From IMG/VR virus record IMGVR_UViG_3300000929_000007: a stretch of DNA of 64,000 nt. One strand, given 5' to 3'. This DNA comes from an uncultured virus (IMG/VR IMGVR_UViG_3300000929_000007) (lineage: Duplodnaviria > Heunggongvirae > Uroviricota > Caudoviricetes). This document shows positions 1-7,814 of the stretch, piece by piece. The first letter of the stretch is position 1. Each line of letters begins with the position of its first letter. The position numbers were made by a program, and so were the translations under genes. Below the pieces are notes generated by a model. The model did not search any database and was not told where the DNA came from. It saw only the letters and a list, made by a program, of their open reading frames with translations.

Positions 1-3
1 ACC

Positions 4-165
4 ATGACCTACTACTACAACCGCACGAAGGATGTGTTTGTTGACAAGATGGAGTTTCTATTGCTTAACGGTGATGTCGATTGTATTGTTGTTGACGATA
101 CTCTGACTGCCCAAGAAGTTGATGTAGTGTTCGGTGAAATCTACGGAGAAAAATATGCTTATTGA
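4..165 (+). CDS. small hypothetical protein (may extend upstream of window)
   Basis: Open frame MTYYYNRTKDVFVDKMEF...EKYAY* read by hand; not in ORF track. Confidence 0.45.
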   Translation: MTYYYNRTKDVFVDKMEFLLLNGDVDCIVVDDTLTAQEVDVVFGEIYGEKYAY

Positions 166-268
166 TACTCTTTTATCGTTCACGCTTAGTGAGGTTCTTG
201 GCTTAGTAGGTATCTCTATACTCATGGCCATCTGGTTAGAAATTAAAAATATGGGAGATGACGATTGA
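155..268 (+). CDS. small putative membrane peptide (37 aa)
   Basis: MLIDTLLSFTLSEVLGLVGISILMAIWLEIKNMGDDD*; GGAG upstream; overlaps both neighbours. Confidence 0.4.
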   Translation: MLIDTLLSFTLSEVLGLVGISILMAIWLEIKNMGDDD

Positions 269-804
269 ACATTTTTAAGTTAGATAACGATCCAGTACAG
301 GCCGCGCAGTTGATGTGCGACAAGCACGTAGTCAAGATGGTCACTGAGTATGGTCAGTTACTCTCTACTGCGCACCGTATACTTGATGGCGAACAGTACA
401 CCGATAAGACTAAGAATGGTCGTAACATCAAACGTTGGCGACTTGCGGGTGACGCGATAGAGAGACTTTTATATAAAGCATCTCACGTGAATCACCCATC
501 AAACATCTGGTGTCGTGAGAATGACAAGAACTATCGTTGGTTGTACAAACACTTTCAGGCAACTGCCAAAGAATACGAACGTCGTTATGGACGTGTTCAT
601 AAGACCTATACAGATTTAGGTTCCATGTTGTGGCTCGCACCTAAGAATATCAAACAGACCGCACATGAATCAGTGATGCCGCAGTGTATGCCTGACCATT
701 GTAAACGCGATGATGTAGTTGACGGGTATCGTAACTACTATCGTGAAGAGAAGAGTGCCTTTGCTACTTGGAAAAATGCGGTGACCCCTGAGTGGATGTC
801 ATGA
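265..804 (+). CDS. denV: pyrimidine-dimer DNA glycosylase / endonuclease V family protein
   Basis: Family signature MNIFxLDxDPxxAAQxxCDKHVVKM..QLLSTAH and YKxxHxNHPSxIW. Confidence 0.75.
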   Translation: MNIFKLDNDPVQAAQLMCDKHVVKMVTEYGQLLSTAHRILDGEQYTDKTKNGRNIKRWRLAGDAIERLLYKASHVNHPSNIWCRENDKNYRWLYKHFQATAKEYERRYGRVHKTYTDLGSMLWLAPKNIKQTAHESVMPQCMPDHCKRDDVVDGYRNYYREEKSAFATWKNAVTPEWMS

Positions 805-935
805 GAATGTTTTTCGCCCGTGTCATATTGGTGATGTGGTTAGCGTTTAGCACAGATAATCAGGATGACTATTATGGTGTCCTATCTAGTATTAGAAGAT
901 ATTATGAATGTTGGAGATTAGTTGATGACGTATGA
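801..935 (+). CDS. small hypothetical protein
   Basis: ATGA overlap with upstream stop; 44-aa frame filling the intergenic gap. Confidence 0.35.
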   Translation: MRMFFARVILVMWLAFSTDNQDDYYGVLSSIRRYYECWRLVDDV

Positions 936-1176
936 AGATGCCTGTCACTTTATGTGGCGCGAAGAAATTACTGACTGGGGTACTTATGATTATGTACCTA
1001 ACCACACTTATGTAACCAAAGGCACTGACCTCATAGGTTACGTTCCTCGCAATACCGGAATCCTTCAGGTATTCACCGCTCCCCTGAAATCTTGGGGTGT
1101 ATCACGACGCAAGTTTCGCAAGTTAAACCGAAAAGAAATAAAAGCGCATATCGATATGCTTAATAGTTCTAAGTAG
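925..1176 (+). CDS. hypothetical protein
   Basis: ORF with GGAG Shine-Dalgarno upstream. Confidence 0.6.
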   Translation: MTYEDACHFMWREEITDWGTYDYVPNHTYVTKGTDLIGYVPRNTGILQVFTAPLKSWGVSRRKFRKLNRKEIKAHIDMLNSSK

Positions 1177-1180
1177 GCTA

Positions 1181-1239
1181 TTGACTCTGTGTCCAGTTAT
1201 GTTATAATAGCTACCTAATTGATTGAGAGAGAGATGATT
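1181..1239 (+). promoter_or_regulatory. early sigma70-type promoter/leader cassette, copy 1
   Basis: TTGACT(1181)-N16-TATAAT(1203), followed by AGCTACCTAATTGATTGAGAGAGAG leader shared with other copies. Confidence 0.8.
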
Positions 1240-1497
1240 ATGAATTTTCCTGCTGCGTTAAATGACTTCCGTGACTATGTCCACTTGTTCTATGGCAAAG
1301 ATGGCATATACGACCTTGGGTGTGGTATCCCTGATATCCAAGAAGCTATCCTTGAGTACGCTGTCAAGTGTATGGACATTGCTGATCATTGGGGTGGCGG
1401 TGACACTCTTGACCGTGAACGTGTTCGTGAGATTCTTGAGTCTAAAGGGTTCAGAGAGTTGAATCCTCCTACAGAACGAATTGAGATTACATTATAA
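1240..1497 (+). CDS. hypothetical early protein
   Basis: ORF immediately after cassette; start chosen by analogy to the ATTATG of other cassettes. Confidence 0.65.
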   Translation: MNFPAALNDFRDYVHLFYGKDGIYDLGCGIPDIQEAILEYAVKCMDIADHWGGGDTLDRERVREILESKGFRELNPPTERIEITL

Positions 1498-1946
1498 TGT
1501 ATAACATGATTGTTCAGGGTACTACCAGTCAGAAGCTGGTAGACTACGTAGGTCGAGTGTACAGTCACTTAGGTCTGGATGAGTTTGAAGAATGTTTGTT
1601 TGACTTAGACTTCAAACCCCGTTGTGATGGTGATGCCGGTGGTTACTGTAACGGTGATGATGAAGAGGTTTTTATTGAACTTGCTCGCAGTGATTCTGAA
1701 GGTAGAATCCCTATGGAAGATCTGATGGTAAATATTGCCCACGAAATGGTTCACGCAAAACAGATGGCATCTGGTCGACTGATCAATAATGGATTCGTTT
1801 TGAGAACAAACGATGATGGCGAGACTTGTCTGACTACGAAGCAGACCTTTGATGGTGTTGAGTATGTTGGAGTTGCCTATAGAGACCATCCTTGGGAGCA
1901 CGAGGCGTATGGTACTGAGAGAGAAATTTATTTAGCGTGTAAGTGA
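1497..1946 (+). CDS. putative Zn-metallopeptidase (HEXXH, zincin-like)
   Basis: AHEMVHAKQ motif plus downstream PWEHEAY third-ligand motif. Confidence 0.65.
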   Translation: MYNMIVQGTTSQKLVDYVGRVYSHLGLDEFEECLFDLDFKPRCDGDAGGYCNGDDEEVFIELARSDSEGRIPMEDLMVNIAHEMVHAKQMASGRLINNGFVLRTNDDGETCLTTKQTFDGVEYVGVAYRDHPWEHEAYGTEREIYLACK

Positions 1947-1954
1947 TAAATGTA

Positions 1955-2013
1955 TTGACAAGTAATCGAAACATGTGTTATAATGGCTACTTAATTGAGT
2001 GAGAGAGTATACT
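1955..2013 (+). promoter_or_regulatory. early sigma70-type promoter/leader cassette, copy 2
   Basis: TTGACA(1955)-N18-TATAAT(1979)-GGCTACTTAATTGAGTGAGAGAG. Confidence 0.8.
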
Positions 2014-2688
2014 ATGAATCTATCAAAAGCAATACACGATCAATTAATCGCATTACCTTACTTCAGAAACTATCAGGCGGTGAGCGGTACTGTACACAAT
2101 GTAGCGAGTCACGAAGATGCCGTAGAAGATGTGCTAGTGAGCAATTCATTAGTTCAGAGTGACTTCAAAGAACTAGCGTCTAGTCTAGGATTTACTAGTG
2201 TCGTTGACTTCCGAGATGCTCTGTTGCGAGGTGAGCACCATGATAGTGTTCCTGACAATGTATACTTCACCCAACCCACCGGTACACACAACTCTCCGGA
2301 CTTCGTATTTAAAGTAGACAATACCGTAGTTCTATTAGAATGTAAGAGTAGTAAAAACAATGCTCCTATGTACAATGGTGGGCTGCCTAAAGATGGTTAT
2401 GTCTACTTGTTCTGTTCAGAAAAGTCTAATGAGACTACGATGTACATGGGCGAAGATATTGTAAACGAAGAGCAGCGAAGAATCATTGAGGAATTCGAAC
2501 AAGAAAGTATGAAACGAGTTGCCGAATTTAATGCCAGACTCAAGGCTGCCGACTACCAAGGTAGAGGTCTTGCCTTTTATCTACGGAACATGTGGACTCA
2601 GTCTGGTGGTGCTAAGTTCTCAGATTACTTCAAACACGCAAACCGCACATTATCCGAAGAAAAGGTATCAAGATTATTTAATGTCTAA
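2014..2688 (+). CDS. putative PD-(D/E)XK restriction endonuclease
   Basis: SPDF-x10-ECK catalytic motif; overlaps the start of an MTase gene by 8 nt. Confidence 0.6.
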   Translation: MNLSKAIHDQLIALPYFRNYQAVSGTVHNVASHEDAVEDVLVSNSLVQSDFKELASSLGFTSVVDFRDALLRGEHHDSVPDNVYFTQPTGTHNSPDFVFKVDNTVVLLECKSSKNNAPMYNGGLPKDGYVYLFCSEKSNETTMYMGEDIVNEEQRRIIEEFEQESMKRVAEFNARLKAADYQGRGLAFYLRNMWTQSGGAKFSDYFKHANRTLSEEKVSRLFNV

Positions 2689-3631
2689 AGTTGAATTAAA
2701 ACCAGTCAATCTACATTTGGATTCTGTCACAGTCGAAGATATCGAGAATCATAAGAATATCGATGTGGCAGGACTCAGAAAGGATTTGTTTAATCTCAAC
2801 AAATTCGACGCCGTAGCGAATTCTAATAACTTCTCGGGCAATCCATTCCTATATCACTTCCAATTAAAAAACCTATTAAAGTGTAAACGTCAAGATGGTA
2901 AAACTATCTATGATATCCACAGCGACAAAGAGCAATGGGACAAACTGATTGACTCTACCAAGAAACGAAACCGTGGAGGTAGGACACCTGCCGGTAATGT
3001 CTTCGAATGTTTTAGAATCAACTTGGGTTCGATTGTCATGTTTAAGGCAACAACCGCCAAGTATCTTTATCGAAAGTATAACGCAAAGAGTGTACTAGAC
3101 CCTACAGCGGGATGGGGTGGTCGAATGTTAGGTGCGTGGAGTTTAGGGATTGATTACACGGGTATCGATACTAACGTGGAAATGGTTGATGCCTATGATG
3201 ACATGATGACATTCTTAAACGAAGAGTCCGGACTTGAAAACACTCTGTTCCCTGACGAAGACAAATCTAAACTTGATATGATTTGGGAGAGTGCTCTTGA
3301 TGTAGATTTCAGTAAACTGGACTATGACTTTGTACTTACTTCCCCTCCTTATGTTAACTTAGAAATATATGAACATATGACACCTTGGGAATCTGATGAG
3401 AAGTTCTACACCGAATTCTTTATACCTCTCTGGCAGAAATGCGTCGATAACATAAAGACGGGTGGTCACGTCTGTTTTAACATATCACCTAAAATGTATG
3501 AGGATGCGGTATCATTTGGGTTACCGGTATGTCATGATGAGGAAGACCTCAAACAACAGATGGGTCAGAAAGTTGACTCGTTGAAGAAAGGTAAGAAGAA
3601 ACAGGATAAGATTTATATCTGGAATTGTTGA
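2681..3631 (+). CDS. amino-DNA methyltransferase (N4-C or N6-A)
   Basis: SAM-binding motif I VLDPTAGWGGR and catalytic motif IV TSPPY; ATG at 2681 preferred to the track's 2519 start. Confidence 0.85.
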   Translation: MSKVELKPVNLHLDSVTVEDIENHKNIDVAGLRKDLFNLNKFDAVANSNNFSGNPFLYHFQLKNLLKCKRQDGKTIYDIHSDKEQWDKLIDSTKKRNRGGRTPAGNVFECFRINLGSIVMFKATTAKYLYRKYNAKSVLDPTAGWGGRMLGAWSLGIDYTGIDTNVEMVDAYDDMMTFLNEESGLENTLFPDEDKSKLDMIWESALDVDFSKLDYDFVLTSPPYVNLEIYEHMTPWESDEKFYTEFFIPLWQKCVDNIKTGGHVCFNISPKMYEDAVSFGLPVCHDEEDLKQQMGQKVDSLKKGKKKQDKIYIWNC

Positions 3632-3650
3632 TTTATTTAGCTTCAGGCCC

Positions 3651-3712
3651 TTGACATTTGTTTCTAAAAGAAGTATAATAGCTGTACAAATTGAGTTGAG
3701 AGAGAATATATT
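3651..3712 (+). promoter_or_regulatory. early sigma70-type promoter/leader cassette, copy 3
   Basis: TTGACA(3651)-N17-TATAAT(3674)...TTGAGAGAGAATATATTATG. Confidence 0.85.
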
Positions 3713-3895
3713 ATGCAAGTTCGCCTTATTGAAGATATCAAAGAAGTCAAGTTGTTTAAAGCGGGTTGGGATCTCGTTGAGTATGAAGCAGGTACCGATC
3801 CTTTAGACGGATACACTGTGTTGGGTTTTGATGAGATAGGACAATTTTGTCAGAAACCTCAGTATGCGTGGGTAAGGTGGGGAGGTTACAAATGA
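3713..3895 (+). CDS. hypothetical early protein
   Basis: ORF directly after cassette. Confidence 0.65.
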   Translation: MQVRLIEDIKEVKLFKAGWDLVEYEAGTDPLDGYTVLGFDEIGQFCQKPQYAWVRWGGYK

Positions 3896-4032
3896 TTGAT
3901 AGTGAAATTGGTGATTTGATGAACGACCTTGTAATGTTGATTGATGCTGCGGAGTGTTATAACGAAACGTACTACAAAAGTGAGTACCGACGCATCACCA
4001 ACCGATTAGCTGAGATAGGAGATTTAATATAA
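3892..4032 (+). CDS. small hypothetical protein
   Basis: GGAGG SD, ATGA overlap with upstream stop. Confidence 0.55.
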   Translation: MIDSEIGDLMNDLVMLIDAAECYNETYYKSEYRRITNRLAEIGDLI

Positions 4033-4316
4033 TGTTGAGATTTGAGAATGTAGCGAATGTTGGTGATATGATTAAAGCGCTTGACTTCCGACCAATGGAC
4101 GGCCGTCCCGACAGTTATCTGGTAGGTCGTGTTATTGAGAAGGGTGAGATGTTCTACGACAATGGTGTTCCTATGTGTCATGGTTACAAGGTATATGTGA
4201 CTGACTCTCGCAGCGGTTCTGACCGGTTCGATATTAACCGAGTTGGTATTGAAATGATCGTTCCCTTTGAGATGAGTATAACCGAGTTTGATGGTCGGGT
4301 TCAGTTGGTGGCATAA
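4032..4316 (+). CDS. hypothetical protein (possible SH3-like beta barrel)
   Basis: TAATG coupling; VGDMIK...YLVGRVIE pattern. Confidence 0.65.
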   Translation: MLRFENVANVGDMIKALDFRPMDGRPDSYLVGRVIEKGEMFYDNGVPMCHGYKVYVTDSRSGSDRFDINRVGIEMIVPFEMSITEFDGRVQLVA

Positions 4317-4771
4317 TGGAAAAGATTGTTAAGTTGAATTACGACCGTAAGGTTAGGTACCTCTACGACAAGGATACCTTGGAGTGTGAGCGATTATCTG
4401 ATATTGTGATGGATCATTACGGTGAGTTCTTGGAACCCGCTCACGGGTGGGACATGGACTCCCACAGACGTTTTATAAAGGAGTTGAGAACGTGCGGGTT
4501 ATCAGTCAATGAGTTTCTGTCTAAAAAGTTTCCTCAACCAAAGAAAACTGTGACAAAACCCAAAAGGAAGGTGCGGAAAACTGTTAAGGCTCCCGTAGAG
4601 ACACCTGAGAAGAAACCTACTGTTAAGAAACCNNNNNNNNNNNNNNNNNNNNNNNNNNNNNNNNNNNNNNNNNNNNNNNNNCCTACTGTTAAGAAACCTA
4701 CTGTCAAACGAAAGACCTTTAACGCAAAGGCCCCCGTTAAGAAGAAGTCTCCTGCCACTAAAAAGAAATAA
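4316..4771 (+). CDS. hypothetical protein with Lys/Pro/Thr-rich repetitive C-terminal tail
   Basis: TAATG coupling; KKPTV repeats; N-gap 4633-4681 inside the repeat. Confidence 0.65.
   Translation: MEKIVKLNYDRKVRYLYDKDTLECERLSDIVMDHYGEFLEPAHGWDMDSHRRFIKELRTCGLSVNEFLSKKFPQPKKTVTKPKRKVRKTVKAPVETPEKKPTVKKXXXXXXXXXXXXXXXXXPTVKKPTVKRKTFNAKAPVKKKSPATKKK
4609..4708 (+). repeat. 15-nt coding tandem repeat (AAGAAACCTACTGTT = KKPTV), copy number unresolved
   Basis: Units visible on both sides of the N-gap. Confidence 0.7.
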
Positions 4772-4810
4772 GAAGTTAGGTTGATATAACAAATTGTTCT
4801 AAGAAAGCCC

Positions 4811-4845
4811 TTGTTTTTGTAGCTGAATCGTGTATAATAGCTACT
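4811..4845 (+). promoter_or_regulatory. early sigma70-type promoter upstream of structured RNA
   Basis: CCC-TTGTTT(4811)-N16-TATAAT(4833)-AGCTAC, same context as other cassettes but no GAGAGAG leader. Confidence 0.7.
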
Positions 4846-4852
4846 GTTGATG

Positions 4853-4954
4853 GGGAGGTCTGGTCTCCTGATTAAGAACCTTCGGGGTTCACTGCTTGTC
4901 TCCGAGACATCTGGAATCAGGAATAGGAACTTCGGTTCACTGCTCCTCCCACCA
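4853..4954 (+). ncRNA. putative structured non-coding RNA with closing stem and 3'-ACCA
   Basis: GGGAGG(4853-58)/CCTCCC(4945-50)+ACCA; TCCTGATT(4866-73)/AATCAGGA(4915-22); two GAAC-TTCG-GTTC-type hairpins each followed by ACTGCT; own promoter. Confidence 0.65.
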
Positions 4955-4974
4955 TTTATTATTTTTGAGGTTTT

Positions 4975-5280
4975 ATGATGACTAGTTTAAAAGGTTACAT
5001 TGACGCCACTTACTACGAGTTAGTCGAGGTTCTTGGAGAACCTACCTATCTTCGTGATGCGCTTGATGTAGAAGATAAGATTTGTACCGAATGGGAGTTC
5101 GTTGGATATAACTTCTACGGAGAAGAAACTCCGATCACTGTGTATGACTGGAAAGATTATGACGGTGGGGTTAAAAGTAGAGGCGGAGAACTCTATAAGT
5201 GGCACATCGGGGGAACTGAGTTATGTGTTCTTGATATCGTTGAAGCAAAAATAAGACACCTGCGTGAGAAAAATATTTAA
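4975..5280 (+). CDS. hypothetical phage protein
   Basis: GAGG SD; TSLKGYI..YxELVxxLGEP..EW..TVYDWK..WHIGG pattern. Confidence 0.7.
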   Translation: MMTSLKGYIDATYYELVEVLGEPTYLRDALDVEDKICTEWEFVGYNFYGEETPITVYDWKDYDGGVKSRGGELYKWHIGGTELCVLDIVEAKIRHLREKNI

Positions 5281-5299
5281 ATTATTTTGGCTAGGGCCC

Positions 5300-5357
5300 T
5301 TGACATTGTTCCCAGTTATGTTATAATAGCTACCTAATTGATTGAGAGAGATGTATT
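5300..5357 (+). promoter_or_regulatory. early sigma70-type promoter/leader cassette, copy 4
   Basis: TTGACA(5300)-N16-TATAAT(5322); CCAGTTATGTTATAATAGCTACCTAATTGATTGAGAGAGA identical to copy 1. Confidence 0.85.
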
Positions 5358-5915
5358 ATGAAAAATGAAATGATTGAGTTGTTCGCGAAACACGACCTTA
5401 TTCTTACTATTGATGAAGAACGTATGATCGCCAAGTGCGACCGTCTTGCTCCTCGTGCCCGTCTTGGTTACAAGACTGAGTACCACGTTCGTTACCGTAG
5501 TGTTGAACGCATGTATGAAGCGCAACAAGAGTTCATTGATAATCGTCTCGCTGTTACCGAGTATCGCGCAAAACGTAAAGAAGCGCAGAAAGTCAAGGCA
5601 GCAGAACTTGCCGCCGGCGTTAAGGTCGGTGACCTGTTCGTTGACTCTTGGGGTTACGAACAGACTCAAGTCGATCTCTACCAAGTTGTTGCGAAACCTA
5701 CTGCTCGGACTGTGATCGTTCGTGAGATTGCGTCTCAGACTGTCAAAGGTTCAGAAGGTTATGACTGTCAGAATGTTCGTGCGGTTCCCAACTCTTTCAT
5801 TGGCGAAGAGATGAAGAAACGTCTGGACAACTACGGTGGTTTCAAGACTTCTTCTTACTCTTGCGCCCGTCCTACTACTGCGGAAGCAGAACACTACAAC
5901 AGCTGGTACTACTAA
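5358..5915 (+). CDS. hypothetical early protein
   Basis: 185-aa ORF after cassette; VKVGDLFVDSWGYEQTQVDLYQVV motif. Confidence 0.75.
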   Translation: MKNEMIELFAKHDLILTIDEERMIAKCDRLAPRARLGYKTEYHVRYRSVERMYEAQQEFIDNRLAVTEYRAKRKEAQKVKAAELAAGVKVGDLFVDSWGYEQTQVDLYQVVAKPTARTVIVREIASQTVKGSEGYDCQNVRAVPNSFIGEEMKKRLDNYGGFKTSSYSCARPTTAEAEHYNSWYY

Positions 5916-6079
5916 TGACTTTCAGAGAATTTTGTTTTAAACAGTGGACACTTCATTGTGAAGAGTGTGAAGGGTATGACGGAAAATACCCTGACTACGA
6001 TTCGAAAGAGTACTTCCGGCGAATGAAATGGTTTCTAAGATGGCAATTTAGGAAGTTAAAAGAATCTAAAGCTAAATAA
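5915..6079 (+). CDS. small hypothetical protein
   Basis: TAATG coupling; MTFREFC..W..HCEEC. Confidence 0.55.
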   Translation: MTFREFCFKQWTLHCEECEGYDGKYPDYDSKEYFRRMKWFLRWQFRKLKESKAK

Positions 6080-6083
6080 GCCC

Positions 6084-6143
6084 TTGACATTTGTTTCTGA
6101 AAGAAGTATAATAGCCACCTAATTGATTGAGAGAGAATATATT
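6084..6143 (+). promoter_or_regulatory. early sigma70-type promoter/leader cassette, copy 5
   Basis: TTGACA(6084)-N17-TATAAT(6107); near-identical to copy 3. Confidence 0.85.
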
Positions 6144-6395
6144 ATGTTTAAATTTGTTGCTAAACCAAAACTGACTAACCGTTATGATGAAAAGACTTTT
6201 GAGAATAAGGATGCCAAAGTTGCTGCCGCAGAAGCTCTTCAGTACCTTAACGAATACAACGAGATGGGTAAAGAGTTTGCTGACCAATACGGACAATATG
6301 TCCCCGCGTTAAAGGCAGAAGACTGGGCAATGCTTGGTAAGTTAACTCCACCTACCGGTTTGTATTTCCGCGACAACACATTGATGGGACTCTAA
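6144..6395 (+). CDS. hypothetical early protein
   Basis: ORF after cassette, ATTATG start. Confidence 0.65.
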   Translation: MFKFVAKPKLTNRYDEKTFENKDAKVAAAEALQYLNEYNEMGKEFADQYGQYVPALKAEDWAMLGKLTPPTGLYFRDNTLMGL

Positions 6396-6396
6396 G

Positions 6397-6663
6397 ATGT
6401 TGAGACACAATGATAGTTGTACTGAACTCTTAACGATTCTTCAGGAAGAGTGTGCTGAAGTTATTCAGATGGCATCTAAACTAAAACGATTTGGTCAAGA
6501 CCATGACACTCTTGAGCGGTTCGCCAAAGAACTCGGTGACCTTCAGTGTATGATCGACCTTTGCCAAGAATACGACCTCGTGTCTTATACCGACCTAGAT
6601 TTGTATTCAGCAGAGAAACGAATAAAACTAAAGAGTTGGTCGGATCTCGTAAATGAAGATTGA
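6397..6663 (+). CDS. MazG-like nucleotide pyrophosphohydrolase domain protein
   Basis: LQEECAEVIQ...KELGDL acidic EExxE/ExxD helices. Confidence 0.65.
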   Translation: MLRHNDSCTELLTILQEECAEVIQMASKLKRFGQDHDTLERFAKELGDLQCMIDLCQEYDLVSYTDLDLYSAEKRIKLKSWSDLVNED

Positions 6664-6670
6664 GGACAAA

Positions 6671-6793
6671 ATGAAAAAGTCAAATCCAGTTGCTAAGTAT
6701 GCTAGAAAGTATAATGTCGCTGCGGTACATGTTGACCGTAAAAAGGAAGCTAAGAAGACCGGTAAATTTTACTTGACACAAGATAAGGATTAA
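6671..6793 (+). CDS. small basic hypothetical protein
   Basis: GAGGA SD; MKKSNPVAKYARKYNVAAVHVDRKKEAKK...; not in track (<60 aa). Confidence 0.55.
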   Translation: MKKSNPVAKYARKYNVAAVHVDRKKEAKKTGKFYLTQDKD

Positions 6794-6801
6794 TGTATAA
6801 T
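6773..6801 (+). promoter_or_regulatory. sigma70 consensus promoter
   Basis: TTGACA(6773)-N17-TATAAT(6796). Confidence 0.7.
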
Positions 6802-7024
6802 GGCTGTAGATAAAGTAATGAGATACGCAATGATTCGTCGTGCTACTCTCAGAGTACAGAAAAGTTCAAAAGTACGTAGGTCTAATCTACTGCTCGCGAA
6901 AGAAGTTTCGGCGTTAGACCGCCAAGACTATAAGTCCAACATTAGTTGGCATGACACTGACAAATATGTCAATGCTCATTTTAATGATGTTTATAAAGCA
7001 AACACTAACGAGGAATGGAATTAA
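6800..7024 (+). CDS. hypothetical protein (start may be ATG 6818)
   Basis: ORF track; 6800 ATG overlaps the -10 box. Confidence 0.5.
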   Translation: MAVDKVMRYAMIRRATLRVQKSSKVRRSNLLLAKEVSALDRQDYKSNISWHDTDKYVNAHFNDVYKANTNEEWN

Positions 7025-7308
7025 TGTCTGAATCACCAAACTTAATTGACTTAGGTCGATACCCTAAAAACGATGTAACTCTTATCTCACGTGAGTTCTT
7101 ACGTATCGTGTACATCGAGTCTCTACAGGATTATGCTGAAGAAGCTCAAAAAGAAACCAAAGATGATGAAGTCATCGGTAACATGGAAAATGTGTTGAAG
7201 TGTCTTGAAACCGTTATTGTAATGCTTGACGGCAACGAAGATTTTCTCAAGTATGTTCATGCCGACGCCGAAGTATCTGAAGAGGACGCTGAATATGACC
7301 GATTCTAA
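7024..7308 (+). CDS. hypothetical acidic protein
   Basis: TAATG coupling. Confidence 0.6.
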   Translation: MSESPNLIDLGRYPKNDVTLISREFLRIVYIESLQDYAEEAQKETKDDEVIGNMENVLKCLETVIVMLDGNEDFLKYVHADAEVSEEDAEYDRF

Positions 7309-7573
7309 AACATTCGAATATGATTCACTTATGGATACCCTCAAGAAAAACATTCTAGAGGTGACGTTCACTAAGGTTAATGGCGAGACGCGAGTAATGC
7401 CTTGTACCTTAGCGACTAATTTATTACCTGTTACCGAGCAACCTAAAGTATCCGAGACTAACGCTGACTACTCTGTCAACAAGTCTGTAATTCGTGCTTT
7501 CGCAATCGATAAACAAGCATGGCGCTCTTTTAAAGTAGAGAATGTTTTATCGGTTGGTGTACTGGATGAATAG
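7295..7573 (+). CDS. WYL_2/DUF2693-like Sm/SH3-fold protein
   Basis: LEVTFTKVNGETRVMPCTL...DKQAWRSF motif; GAGG SD. Confidence 0.7.
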   Translation: MTDSKTFEYDSLMDTLKKNILEVTFTKVNGETRVMPCTLATNLLPVTEQPKVSETNADYSVNKSVIRAFAIDKQAWRSFKVENVLSVGVLDE

Positions 7574-7811
7574 AAAGGCAGAGAACGCTGCCAACTTTTT
7601 GGATAGGAAAACCTTCTCTCGCAACATAGAAGAGTTCGTATTCAAACATCGTATGAGTTATATGGATACTATAGTTCATCTTTGTGAAGTTCAAGGTCTA
7701 GAGGTAGAGGACATTAAAAAATATCTTACTGTCCCAATAATCGAAAACCTCGAAGCAGAAGCTCGGCAGTTAAACTTTCTACCAAAACTTAACACTTTAG
7801 ATGTGTTATAA
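7566..7811 (+). CDS. gp33: late-transcription coactivator gp33
   Basis: FSxxIE..SYMDTIVHLCE..E.E.I.K.L...I.E.LE.EA..LNFLPK; directly upstream of gp32. Confidence 0.85.
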   Translation: MNRKAENAANFLDRKTFSRNIEEFVFKHRMSYMDTIVHLCEVQGLEVEDIKKYLTVPIIENLEAEARQLNFLPKLNTLDVL

Positions 7812-7814
7812 ATA
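7807..7814 (+). promoter_or_regulatory. T4-type late promoter
   Basis: TATAAATA upstream of gp32. Confidence 0.7.

Noticed and set aside
2519..2680. Extended N-terminus of the methyltransferase in the ORF track
   Set aside because: Would overlap the nuclease gene by 170 nt; ATG 2681 overlapping the upstream stop is more plausible
4853..4954. Canonical tRNA or tmRNA call
   Set aside because: Has an acceptor-like stem and ACCA but no proper D-arm, 7-nt anticodon loop or correctly placed T-arm; too short for tmRNA
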